Positions 29,648 to 39,061 of a stretch of 64,000 nucleotides of DNA are shown here, in pieces. The translations under genes were made by a program, and so were the position numbers. The stretch spans positions 6,216 to 70,215 of the forward strand of contig PDTV01000011.1 in the NCBI GenBank assembly GCA_002747185.1. Direction: 5' to 3'. Every line of letters begins with the position of its first letter. Within the stretch, counting starts at the first letter, position 1. The notes under the pieces were generated by a model. The model had not been told where the DNA came from. It did no database searches and saw only the letters and a list, made by a program, of their open reading frames with translations. This stretch comes from Candidatus Contendibacter odensensis. Lineage in GTDB: Bacteria > Pseudomonadota > Gammaproteobacteria > Competibacterales > Competibacteraceae.

Positions 29648-30853
29648 CTAAATGTCACGAGTCCACAAGGAAGCCATAGCTGGACCTGTACCAACACACA
29701 ATGAAGCGCCACCCAGCGTCTTGCCCTCACGCTCTAGCTCATACAGCAAGCTCACGATAATGCGTAGACCTGTAGAACCGACAGGATGACCAAGCGCAAT
29801 ACCGGAACCATTGGCATTACAGTTGTCAGGCGTCAAGGTTATGTTGTGATCTTCTTTCAGCATCCGCCCAACACCCAGCCATTGAGCAGCAAACGCTTCG
29901 TTAACTTCCCAATACTCAATATCCTCAAACTTAAGATTTGCACCTTTCAGGCATTTGGGGATCGCTACTGCCGGGCCTAAACCCATAATTGCGGGATCGA
30001 CGCCTGCCTGGCAAATATTGACCAGCTTGGCCAGTGGCTTGATACCCATCTCTTTGGCTTTATCCAGCGACATAACAACGACTGCACTGGCACCATCATT
30101 AATGCTGGAAGCATTAGCCGCAGTCACTACCCCGTCTTTCTTGAAAGCAGGACGCAGTTTGCCCATCGCCTCAAGATTTGCGTCGGTCAGGGGATTTTCA
30201 TCGTCCTCGAAGAATTTTGAGCCTTTCTTGGACTTGATCTCGACCGGCACAATCTCTGGCTTGAAAATACCTTCATTAACAGCTCTGGTTGCACGAGTAT
30301 GACTGATAAGCGCCAGCTCATCACACTCTTGACGGGTAATACCATATTTTTCAGCAACATTCTCGGCTGTCATTGCCATATGACCTGGCACCAGCTCATC
30401 GAACAACCCGTCATAGATCATGCTGTCTTCAATGCTGCCCTGACCCATGCGGTAACCCATGCGGGCCTTGGGAATCATATAGGGGGCATTGGTCATGCTC
30501 TCCACACCTACGGCCAGGCCAATCTCGGTATTTCCTAACATAATGTTGTGGCAAGCAATTTCCAGTGCCCGCATACCAGAAGTACAGTTCTGATTAATCG
30601 ATACGGCACTACTGCGATGAGGCAAACCAATCCGCATGCTGACCTGCCGTGCGGGTAAGGAGCCTTGCATACCCGTATATAGCTGTCCCATGCAGATCTC
30701 ATCGATAATATCAGCCGATACGCCCGATCGATCAATTGCACCCTGCGCAGCAGTGATAGCCAGATCGCGTGCCTGAACACTTTTCAGGCTACCCATAAAA
30801 CTACCAATTGCCGTCCGTGCGGCACTAACGATCACAACTTCTTTAAGAGCCAT
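29648..30853 (-). CDS. Acetyl-CoA C-acetyltransferase (thiolase II)
   Basis: 401 aa. It has the active-site Cys context (NQNCTSGM), NEAFAAQ, and the C-terminal GGASLCVGTG motif. Confidence 0.9.
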   Translation of the reverse strand: MALKEVVIVSAARTAIGSFMGSLKSVQARDLAITAAQGAIDRSGVSADIIDEICMGQLYTGMQGSLPARQVSMRIGLPHRSSAVSINQNCTSGMRALEIACHNIMLGNTEIGLAVGVESMTNAPYMIPKARMGYRMGQGSIEDSMIYDGLFDELVPGHMAMTAENVAEKYGITRQECDELALISHTRATRAVNEGIFKPEIVPVEIKSKKGSKFFEDDENPLTDANLEAMGKLRPAFKKDGVVTAANASSINDGASAVVVMSLDKAKEMGIKPLAKLVNICQAGVDPAIMGLGPAVAIPKCLKGANLKFEDIEYWEVNEAFAAQWLGVGRMLKEDHNITLTPDNCNANGSGIALGHPVGSTGLRIIVSLLYELEREGKTLGGASLCVGTGPAMASLWTRDI

Positions 30854-31120
30854 AGAAAATCCTCGATTTGCGTGGTTTTGGGTGAGTCAGTTACATACTG
30901 GAGTGTTTCATCCTGGAGCCTTTATATAGCACAACTCCTGTTACTGATACATCCACGATGCGTTTAGAAAACGCTGCGCGGAACGTAAGGAAAGTTAAAG
31001 CCGATATGGGGCAGATGTCAATTTTATCTGGATAATTGAGCAAATGTTTTTAAAGATGATGGTATATTATTTATACTTTTATGAATATGAATGCCCGGCC
31101 AGGATTAACCAAAAATCCAC

Positions 31121-31867
31121 CTAACCGGTTTTATTGCGCGCAACGGCATCCATCGCTATCCATCGCCAGCCCTCTGCAATATAAATCTCATGCGGATTAA
31201 AACGCTTTTTGTACACCATCTTGTCGCAATTCTCGATCCAGTAACCCAGATACACCCATTGCAATCCTTTTCGTTTTGCTTCGGCAATTTGCTGCAAGAT
31301 AGCAAAGGTCCCCAAGCCTCGCACGTGCTCCTGCGGATCAAAAAATGTGTAAACCGCCGACAAACCATCATCCAGATAATCCGTCACGGCTATCGCTAAC
31401 AGGCGCTGGCCACAGCGAACTTCATACAGCTTGGTCGAACACCATAACGAATTAACGAATGACCAGTAATCTTCAGGTTCAGCCGGATCCATCCCCGCTT
31501 TTGCATGCCGCTTGGCAACATAATGTGCAAACAAATCAAAATGCTCATCCTGAAATGTGGCATCCATAACGGCTACCTGTAAATCCTGATTACGCATCAG
31601 CACCCGTCGCTGTGAACGGTTAGGTCGAAAATGCTCCACCGGAATTCGTAGCGACCGGCATGCCTTGCAGCCCCGGCAATGCGGTCGGTAAATGTGATTA
31701 CCACTGCGCCGAAAACCCAAGTGTGCTAATTGGGTATAAAGTACGTTATTGGCAACATCCGGGTCAGCAACCAGATTACGCGCCTGTCGATCCGACAAGT
31801 AATTACAGGCATAATCGGTCGTTAAAAACATCCGTAAATTATATAGAGAATCAATAAATTCACTCAT
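31121..31867 (-). CDS. bpt: Arginyltransferase-family Bpt (aspartate/glutamate leucyltransferase)
   Basis: I placed the start at ATG 31867 (MSEFIDSL...). It has the ATE_N Cys motif (CRGCKACRSLR) and an ATE_C body. The start overlaps the aat stop by 8 nt (ATGAGTGA). Confidence 0.85.
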   Translation of the reverse strand: MSEFIDSLYNLRMFLTTDYACNYLSDRQARNLVADPDVANNVLYTQLAHLGFRRSGNHIYRPHCRGCKACRSLRIPVEHFRPNRSQRRVLMRNQDLQVAVMDATFQDEHFDLFAHYVAKRHAKAGMDPAEPEDYWSFVNSLWCSTKLYEVRCGQRLLAIAVTDYLDDGLSAVYTFFDPQEHVRGLGTFAILQQIAEAKRKGLQWVYLGYWIENCDKMVYKKRFNPHEIYIAEGWRWIAMDAVARNKTG

Positions 31868-32594
31868 TGTTGTATTCAAGTACACCAGCAAGCAGATCAT
31901 CATCCAGCTGCCAGCAACCGGTCATACCAGCGTATGAACAATAACGATCCAATAATTGTAAAAACAGGGTTCTGGAAATCTCTACCGCCCCCATACGGCT
32001 TAGATGATCGGTATGTAGCTGACAATCAATAATGGCAAACCCCCATCGGTGTAACTGGGCCGCCAAAGCAACCAGGGCCACTTTTGACGCATCACTGACA
32101 TAACTAAACATCGATTCCCCATAAAAAATGCGGCCCTGCCCGACCCCATATAGCCCGCCCACCAACTCACCTTGCAGCCAGGCTTCGATAGAGTGCGCAT
32201 GGCCCAATTGATGTAGACGACAATAAGCACGGTGCATTTCTGGTGTAATCCAGGTACCTGATTCTGACCTGCGTGGTTCGGCGCAAGCACGCACAACCGT
32301 GTCAAACGCCGCATCAGCCGTCACATTAAACATCCCCTTACGCAAGGTCTTGCGGAGACTACGTGACACCCTGATTGCTTCTGGCAACAATACCAATCGT
32401 GGATCAGGCGACCACCACAAGATGGGCTGACCTGCTGAATACCAGGGAAAAATACCTTGTCGATAAGCATTTAACAGACGGCGTGGATTTAAATTACCAC
32501 CCACTGCCAATAAACCGTTAGGCTCAATGAGTGCATGATGTGGGTGAGGAAAAGGCTGGCTATCATCACTGGGATCCAGCCACACAGGTAACAT
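31860..32594 (-). CDS. aat: Leucyl/phenylalanyl-tRNA--protein transferase
   Basis: EPNGLLAVGGNL...YRQGIFPWYSAGQPILWWSPDPR follows E. coli Aat closely, including the position of the start codon. Confidence 0.9.
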   Translation of the reverse strand: MLPVWLDPSDDSQPFPHPHHALIEPNGLLAVGGNLNPRRLLNAYRQGIFPWYSAGQPILWWSPDPRLVLLPEAIRVSRSLRKTLRKGMFNVTADAAFDTVVRACAEPRRSESGTWITPEMHRAYCRLHQLGHAHSIEAWLQGELVGGLYGVGQGRIFYGESMFSYVSDASKVALVALAAQLHRWGFAIIDCQLHTDHLSRMGAVEISRTLFLQLLDRYCSYAGMTGCWQLDDDLLAGVLEYNNE

Positions 32595-33744
32595 CAGTAA
32601 TCACCTCATCCCGATAGGGTGAATGTTGTTGCAACTTTTGAGCGTATTCGCGTATCGCTGAACGTTCACGTTCCAGAAAATGAGCAATAGCCCGACGAAA
32701 ATCAGGATCAGCAATCCAATGCATCGAATGCGTCAAGGTTGGCAAAAAGCCTCGGTAGATTTTGTGTTCCCCTTGAGCACCCGGTTCAAAACGCTGTAAC
32801 TTATGATCAATACAATACTCCAGACCCTGATAATAGCAGGCCTCAAAATGCAGGCTATCGTAATCAGCATGACAGCCCCAATGACGGCCGTACAAGGTTG
32901 TTTCGCTACGAAAACTAATCGCAGCAGCCACCTCCTGGCCTTGTGGCCCGAGAGCCAGCATGAGCACTATCCGGTCACCCATTGTCATGGCGATATCTTC
33001 AAAAAATGACTGGGTGAGTGTTGGAATACCACCAAGTCGATGAAATGTAGAGCAGTAAAATTTGTAAATGGCGTGCCATTGTGCTGCACTAATCTCTGAG
33101 CCATGAAGCGTGCGCAACTCCAGATTAGCTTCATCTACTTTCCGGCGTTCCCGCTTGATATTCTTACGACGCTTGGCGGTAAGCGTATCCAGAAAATCCT
33201 GAAAATCCCGATACCCGCGATTACTCCAGTGAAACTGGCAGCCCAGTCGGTGCAATAATTCCTGTGACCGCATGGCGTTCAGTTCGGCAGCGCCCGGAAA
33301 TAACCAATGAACCGAGGATACTTGATGTCGCCGCCCCTCTTTCAGAATATAATCTATCATGGTTGATGCTGTCTTCTGTGGATGAGCCTGGCCATCCGCC
33401 AACAGCAAACGTGCGCTCGTTACCGGTGTGTACGGGATTGCACCAACGAACTTTGGGTAATAGGCTAAACCTCGCTGTCGATAAGCTTCTGCCCAATGCC
33501 AGTCAAACACAAACTCGCCGTAGGAATTAAACTTCAGATATAAAGGCACAGCTCCCAATAAATACCCATCCTCACTGTAGCAAATAACATGATGTGGCAA
33601 CCAGCCAGTATGCTCACCCACACAGCCATGTCGCTCCAGTGCGCTTAAAAATTCATAGCTGAGAAACGGATTCTGCCCCGCAACCAGGGCATTCCATTCA
33701 GTGGAAGAAACTTCGTCAAGACTATGCAGGAATTGAAGGCGCAT
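32566..33744 (-). CDS. DUF482 / FemAB-like GNAT-fold protein
   Basis: 392 aa. WNALVAGQNPFLSYEFLSALE...GWLPHH is the DUF482 (FemAB_like) signature. Its 3' end overlaps the aat start by 29 nt. Confidence 0.75.
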   Translation of the reverse strand: MRLQFLHSLDEVSSTEWNALVAGQNPFLSYEFLSALERHGCVGEHTGWLPHHVICYSEDGYLLGAVPLYLKFNSYGEFVFDWHWAEAYRQRGLAYYPKFVGAIPYTPVTSARLLLADGQAHPQKTASTMIDYILKEGRRHQVSSVHWLFPGAAELNAMRSQELLHRLGCQFHWSNRGYRDFQDFLDTLTAKRRKNIKRERRKVDEANLELRTLHGSEISAAQWHAIYKFYCSTFHRLGGIPTLTQSFFEDIAMTMGDRIVLMLALGPQGQEVAAAISFRSETTLYGRHWGCHADYDSLHFEACYYQGLEYCIDHKLQRFEPGAQGEHKIYRGFLPTLTHSMHWIADPDFRRAIAHFLERERSAIREYAQKLQQHSPYRDEVITDVTCVAGSQ

Positions 33745-33954
33745 GATCCAGCAATCAGGGCGGTGAGCACGCTTTGAAAATTAGCGTGTTGGTCATTGGA
33801 GCCTGAACAAGGCAAGCAAGTTCGCTGATATCCCCTCGGGCTTCACCTTAATCACCAGGAATGGGAGAATAATGTTTTTTACAGTTCAGTGACCACAAGT
33901 TACCGGTTAACAAACAGTATCTAACGTATCACAACGAAACCACAGGACCCTATT

Positions 33955-36924
33955 TTGGCGCAAGCACAACGCATCAGACCTAAGTCATCGAACATTCGCA
34001 CCGGCATAACCCGCTTCATACACAGGTTACTACGAGAGGCCGGCTTCTGGTTCTTGGTCATACTTGCACTGACCATGTTGGCTGCGTTGTACACATTTAA
34101 CCTGCAAGACCCCGCATGGACACACACTGTCGAAGCTGAGCAGATTCATAATATCGGTGGTATCACTGGCGCCTGGTTCGCTGACATTACGCTGTACTTC
34201 CTTGGCTATCCTGCTTACCTGTTACCCCTTGGCATCCTGCTGGTCGCCTGGCAACTGTTTAAGCGAAACCGGTTATTACACCTAGACGCTGAAATCATCA
34301 TATTCCGCATACTGGGTTTCACCGTCATGCTGGCATCTGCCAGCAGCCTGGCTGCAATACACTGGCATGCAGCCGCAGGTACTGTACCCGGTTCCGGTTC
34401 CGCAGGAGGACTGGCAGGATCGAATCTCAGCCAATTTCTATACCAAATCCTTGGGCCAACCGGTGCCAACCTGTTCTTGCTGCTCTTGTTCCTGGCCAGC
34501 ACAACACTCGTCGTCAATATTTCATGGTTAGCGCTGATTGACCGGATCGGTGATATCACCCTAAAACTGTTTGATTTTATAGGTGGTCTGGTTTTGTCAC
34601 CAATACGACTATTTAAACCAGCAGCTTCCCCGGACACAGCACGCCCGCAGAAACCGGCAGCAGGTAAGCCCCCTGTTGAGAAGCCTACTGTTAATGTCTC
34701 TAAAAAAAACCCGGAAAATCCTGATCCGCTTGATCCGCTAACTACCACGCCCCCAACCCAAACACCACTACCGTTTGTTGATACCACTGCAAAAAAAACA
34801 GCTCCATTACAGCCAGCACACAGCAACATGCAACAACACCCGCAATCAGAAACACGATCTGCAATTGATGCATCCAGAGATGAACCCACAGCAGCACCAC
34901 TACCGAGCGCTGAAACGATCCTGCCACAACTGGTCAACAGCCCAATCCCTTCACTCAAAAAAGATAAAACCATAAGTACAGAAGAAGATAAACAGATCAC
35001 TTCTTTTGAGCTGCAAACGTTAATTCCTGCCATTGCATCGGCCGCACAACCGACTGAATCTGCCGATGCGACCGATGCAATACCGCTATCAAACCTGTCG
35101 GCTGAACCCTCACAAGAAACCATGACCCCCCAATGGGTCAAGCCACAAAATGTCAGCACCCCACCACCACCGACAATACCGTCACCGGCTGGACAGGACG
35201 GGGCCTCGCCTGAAACAGTTAGATCGACTGTAGAACCTAATTCACAACTACAGGCTGGCCACGAGAATGCTTCACCCATTGAAGCAGGCATTACTGCACA
35301 TAATGCCCCCTTTACGCCTGTCGTTACCGAGCCATCCTCACTATCCAGCCCCACTGATGTGGCCACACCACCGCCTACTGCAAAACTAGCAGCCACCACG
35401 CCGTTCAGGGAAGCCGCTCCTGTTACACCTTATTCACTCCCCCCCCTGGATCTGCTTGATACACCTCAAGCACACCAGGTGGGTTACTCCGCTGAAATGC
35501 TGGAAGAAATGTCACGGCAACTGGAGGGCCTGCTCAAAAGTTTCGGGATTGAAGTGGATGTGGTTGCCGTAGAGCCAGGCCCGGTGATCACCCGCTTTGA
35601 AGTACAACCCGCACCCGGTGTTAAAGTAAATCAAATCAGCAATTTAACTAAAGACCTGGCACGTGGCTTATCCGTCATTAGTGTGCGACTGGTTGAGATT
35701 ATTCCCGGCAAATCGGTAATTGGACTGGAAATACCCAACCAGAAACGGGAGATCGTCTATTTACGCGAGGTACTAGAATCGTCGGCCTACAAACAATCTT
35801 CGGCCGCACTCACCTTGTCACTTGGCAAAGATATCAGCGGCAATCCCAGCGTTGCCAACCTGGGAAAAATGCCACACCTGCTCGTTGCTGGCACTACCGG
35901 TTCCGGCAAGTCGGTCGCTATCAATGCCATGCTGCTAAGTCTGCTCTATAAAGCGCCGCCGAGTGAAGTACGGCTGATTCTAGTCGATCCAAAAATGTTG
36001 GAATTATCCATCTATGAGGATATCCCGCATCTACTAACACCCGTCGTTACTGACATGAAAGAAGCCGCCAACGCACTACGTTGGTGTGTCGCCGAAATGG
36101 AGCGCCGCTATCGGCTGATGGCTGCCTTGAAAGTCCGTAATATTGCTGGTTTTAATCGTAAGGTAAAGGATGCAATCAATGCCGGAGAGGCCTTGCCTGA
36201 TCCTTTGTGGAAACCCGAAGATGATATCCGCTCTGATGAAGCGAATACACTGGAACCACTACCTTTCATCGTCATTGTGATTGATGAGCTTGCCGATATG
36301 ATGATGATCGTCGGCAAGAAAGTCGAGGAGCTCATCGCCAGGCTCGCACAAAAAGCCCGCGCCGCCGGTATTCACCTGATTCTGGCCACACAGCGACCTT
36401 CAGTCGATGTCATTACCGGCCTGATAAAGGCTAATGTTCCAACACGTATCGCGTTTCAGGTCTCTTCGCGGGTGGATTCCCGCACTATTCTCGATCAAAT
36501 GGGCGCTGAACAACTACTAGGGCATGGCGACATGCTCTATTTGCCACCGGGTATCGGCGTGCCGCAACGCGTACACGGCGCCTTTGTTGATGACCATGAA
36601 GTCAACCGTGTGGTCGAATATCTGCGTTGTACCGGTACACCCAATTATATCGAGGATGTCCTCACCGGATCGTTTGAAGAAAACGGTAATGGCAGCGAAA
36701 ATGGCAGCGGTAACAGTCGTGGCGATGAAAGTGACCCGTTGTACGATGAAGCCGTGCATATCGTCACAGAAACACGCCGTGCCTCTGTATCCGGCGTGCA
36801 ACGCCGCTTGCGTATTGGTTATAACCGGGCAGCACGGCTGGTTGAAGAGATGGAAGCAGCCGGTATCGTCGGCCCGGCCCAATCCAATGGCAGCCGTGAA
36901 GTACTGGTTCCGCCCCCATCATAA
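33955..36924 (+). CDS. ftsK: DNA translocase FtsK
   Basis: It has an N-terminal 4-TM domain, a roughly 290-aa P/T/A/Q/S-rich linker, a motor with a Walker A motif (GTTGSGKS), and a C-terminal gamma wHTH ([21 protein letters not shown]). The only available start is TTG, so the start is uncertain. Confidence 0.9.
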   Translation: MAQAQRIRPKSSNIRTGITRFIHRLLREAGFWFLVILALTMLAALYTFNLQDPAWTHTVEAEQIHNIGGITGAWFADITLYFLGYPAYLLPLGILLVAWQLFKRNRLLHLDAEIIIFRILGFTVMLASASSLAAIHWHAAAGTVPGSGSAGGLAGSNLSQFLYQILGPTGANLFLLLLFLASTTLVVNISWLALIDRIGDITLKLFDFIGGLVLSPIRLFKPAASPDTARPQKPAAGKPPVEKPTVNVSKKNPENPDPLDPLTTTPPTQTPLPFVDTTAKKTAPLQPAHSNMQQHPQSETRSAIDASRDEPTAAPLPSAETILPQLVNSPIPSLKKDKTISTEEDKQITSFELQTLIPAIASAAQPTESADATDAIPLSNLSAEPSQETMTPQWVKPQNVSTPPPPTIPSPAGQDGASPETVRSTVEPNSQLQAGHENASPIEAGITAHNAPFTPVVTEPSSLSSPTDVATPPPTAKLAATTPFREAAPVTPYSLPPLDLLDTPQAHQVGYSAEMLEEMSRQLEGLLKSFGIEVDVVAVEPGPVITRFEVQPAPGVKVNQISNLTKDLARGLSVISVRLVEIIPGKSVIGLEIPNQKREIVYLREVLESSAYKQSSAALTLSLGKDISGNPSVANLGKMPHLLVAGTTGSGKSVAINAMLLSLLYKAPPSEVRLILVDPKMLELSIYEDIPHLLTPVVTDMKEAANALRWCVAEMERRYRLMAALKVRNIAGFNRKVKDAINAGEALPDPLWKPEDDIRSDEANTLEPLPFIVIVIDELADMMMIVGKKVEELIARLAQKARAAGIHLILATQRPSVDVITGLIKANVPTRIAFQVSSRVDSRTILDQMGAEQLLGHGDMLYLPPGIGVPQRVHGAFVDDHEVNRVVEYLRCTGTPNYIEDVLTGSFEENGNGSENGSGNSRGDESDPLYDEAVHIVTETRRASVSGVQRRLRIGYNRAARLVEEMEAAGIVGPAQSNGSREVLVPPPS

Positions 36925-36932
36925 ACAACCCA

Positions 36933-37676
36933 TTAATCACGATCAAAAATTCGTCCCGCGACCCGCAACCCGATAAAAATCAAATCGGGTTCCCAGCGGT
37001 ATCGGTCCAATAAATACGGCAAGATGGCTTCGGCATCACCACCAGTTAACAGCCGTGTCCCTGAACCGCGGATAGCGACCATCCGGTCAATAATACCATC
37101 GATTGCTGCGGCGACCGCATACGCTGCCCCGCCCCAAACACCATCACGAGTACTGTCACCAAACAGTTGTATCTCCCCGGTTTCCGGAGGAATCTGCCGC
37201 GTCGCCCGAAACAAGGATTCACGCATCAAACGTATTCCGGGCAGAATTACGCCGCCCAGATGCTGGCCATCGGCTGCCAGCGCATCAATTGTCACTGCCG
37301 TTCCGCAATCTACGACGTAACATACCTGCCGGACAATCGCATGTGCAGCAATCATGGCCACCCAGCGATCCGCACCTAAACGCCCTGGCTCAGCATAAGC
37401 ATTGCGAATACCGTGGTCTGCCGTGGTTGAAAAAATAAATTCCGCTTCAATATGCCAGTGCTTACCCATCCAGGCTGTAAGCGCTGCATGTGCCTCGACA
37501 CCGGCCACGCTCACGATGAGCGCGCGTGATGGCCGGGGCAGCCTGGCCCATAACCGCGCCAATAAATGATCCCAGTTTTTATTATCGTGAGCAGCACGGC
37601 CAGCATGATGGTAATCAACCCCATCCCAGAACACCCATTTAATCTGGCTATTACCGACATCAGCCAACAAAATCAC
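36933..37676 (-). CDS. coaX: Type III pantothenate kinase
   Basis: The N-terminus MILLADVGNSQIKW and the DCGTA motif are present. It overlaps the birA stop by 4 nt. Confidence 0.85.
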   Translation of the reverse strand: MILLADVGNSQIKWVFWDGVDYHHAGRAAHDNKNWDHLLARLWARLPRPSRALIVSVAGVEAHAALTAWMGKHWHIEAEFIFSTTADHGIRNAYAEPGRLGADRWVAMIAAHAIVRQVCYVVDCGTAVTIDALAADGQHLGGVILPGIRLMRESLFRATRQIPPETGEIQLFGDSTRDGVWGGAAYAVAAAIDGIIDRMVAIRGSGTRLLTGGDAEAILPYLLDRYRWEPDLIFIGLRVAGRIFDRD

Positions 37677-38656
37677 GATTCAAGCCTCAGGCTGGTTTCT
37701 CCACCTCTATAAGGCTTCACCTGCCCGTCACTGCTCTCTAGCAATAACGCACCCTGGGTATCGACACCACGCACAATGCCCACCACTGTTTTATTCGGCA
37801 AATGCAGACAAACCCGCCGCCCGGTAATTTGGTCAAAACGCGCCCATTCAGCAGACAGATCGGCAAACCCACCCTGCTCAAAAGGTAACAAGACCTCAAC
37901 TAGCGCATTAACCAATGCGGCAGCCAAATGGTTCCGGGAAACGCGCCCCGTGCCCAGAACTTCCTGTAAGTCAACCCAGGGCTGGTCAATCAGGGTCACC
38001 GCTTGCGGCGGCAACGCGATATTAATGCCGACACCGATAACCACGAAGAAAACACCATTGTTATCTCCTGATTCCAGCAAAATACCGCCCAGCTTACGCT
38101 CACACCACAAGATATCATTTGGCCACTTCAGGCCAACGGCCTCTACACCTAAACGCTGTAAAGTACGTGCTACTGCAATACCGATTGCCAGGCTCAAACC
38201 ACTCAGCGCCGTTGCAGGCACCTTGAATTGCCATAGCAGTGAACCAAACAAACCTGCGCCCAGTGGTGATAGCCAACGACGCCCCAGTCGGCCACGTCCC
38301 GCTCGCTGCAATTCGCTAAAACAGGCTATGCTACCGACATCATGCTCACGCGCCCTGCTCAGTAAATAATCATTGGTAGAGTCCAGTACTGCGTGAACTT
38401 CCAATTGATTCAATGCAGAACGGCTTATCTCATTCAGACGGGTACTAATCTGCTCCTTTGCCAACAATTCCAAGGGTGCAGGCAGTCTATAGCGATGATT
38501 CATTAAAACGCTGATGTCCACTCCCAGCGTTTGCAGGGTGCGCAAACACTGTTTCACCGTTGACGGGGGCATCTGTAGGCGCGTGCTTATTTCTTGCAGG
38601 CTATATGCCTTACCGTCAGCTAACAGCGCCAGCGTCATTTGCTCATGTTTGGTCAT
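37673..38656 (-). CDS. birA: Bifunctional biotin-[acetyl-CoA-carboxylase] ligase / biotin operon repressor
   Basis: It has an N-terminal wHTH (YSLQEISTRLQMPPSTVKQCLRTL) and the GRGRLGRRWLSP biotin-binding loop. Confidence 0.85.
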   Translation of the reverse strand: MTKHEQMTLALLADGKAYSLQEISTRLQMPPSTVKQCLRTLQTLGVDISVLMNHRYRLPAPLELLAKEQISTRLNEISRSALNQLEVHAVLDSTNDYLLSRAREHDVGSIACFSELQRAGRGRLGRRWLSPLGAGLFGSLLWQFKVPATALSGLSLAIGIAVARTLQRLGVEAVGLKWPNDILWCERKLGGILLESGDNNGVFFVVIGVGINIALPPQAVTLIDQPWVDLQEVLGTGRVSRNHLAAALVNALVEVLLPFEQGGFADLSAEWARFDQITGRRVCLHLPNKTVVGIVRGVDTQGALLLESSDGQVKPYRGGETSLRLES

Positions 38657-38862
38657 AATGCTGAAAACCGCCTTGACCTGTACAGGAAAAAGCGGTTTTT
38701 ATAATAATCTGATAAGATACTGTACCTCTTAGAACATCTGTCCCCAGGGTACGACCGAAAAAAAACTTAACCAGGATGCCACAAGTAGCACGATAATAAT
38801 GAACAGAGGAAAATTCTGTAAGTTAAACATATCATTCTCCTTACCATTAACGGGTCATTAAA

Positions 38863-39048
38863 TCAATTACCATCATTTTCTTTCCGGCAATGGTGTGGGA
38901 TGCGCGGGTCATCATCATCCATCAGAATACGGTGGGCAGGCCCTTCCAGGTCATCAAATTGCCCTGTACGCACGGCCCAGAGGAACGCCCAAAGCGCGAC
39001 TCCAACAACACCCAGCATCACCGGAATCAACAGATAAAGGATTCGCAT
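38863..39048 (-). CDS. ccoS: cbb3 oxidase maturation protein CcoS
   Basis: 61 aa with a single TM segment followed by GQFDDLEGPAHRILMDDD, which is the CcoS pattern. Confidence 0.8.
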   Translation of the reverse strand: MRILYLLIPVMLGVVGVALWAFLWAVRTGQFDDLEGPAHRILMDDDDPRIPHHCRKENDGN

Positions 39049-39061
39049 AATTTATGACCTC

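Noticed and set aside
30880-30900. Partial Ter-core look-alikes. One is ccagtatgtaactga on the minus strand near 30886. Another is ctgtaactgca on the minus strand near 43930.
   Set aside because: They share only 7-8 nt with the Ter core, with indels relative to it. Matches of this quality are expected by chance.
34215-35399. A 394-aa ORF on the minus strand inside ftsK. Other long antisense ORFs occur at 19786-20643 (in gltD), 37776-38369 (in birA) and 10396-10827 (in the Tus-like gene).
   Set aside because: They lie antisense to well-supported genes and have low-complexity or compositionally odd translations. The ftsK one simply mirrors the P/T/A-rich linker codons. None has an RBS or a recognisable family, so I treat them as shadow ORFs.
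38663-38700. A hairpin (aaaccgc ... gcggttt) about 10 nt upstream of the birA start on the minus strand.
   Set aside because: The stem is short (7 bp) with a long loop. It could be a weak terminator for ccoS read-through, but there is nothing distinctive to claim.
38767-38829. A 20-codon ORF (MFNYRIFLCSLLSCYLWHPG) on the minus strand downstream of ccoS, with a perfect aaggag SD 6 nt upstream.
   Set aside because: It is too short to evaluate, I recognised no family, and the reading frame is one of several possible. Only conservation or ribosome profiling could support it.
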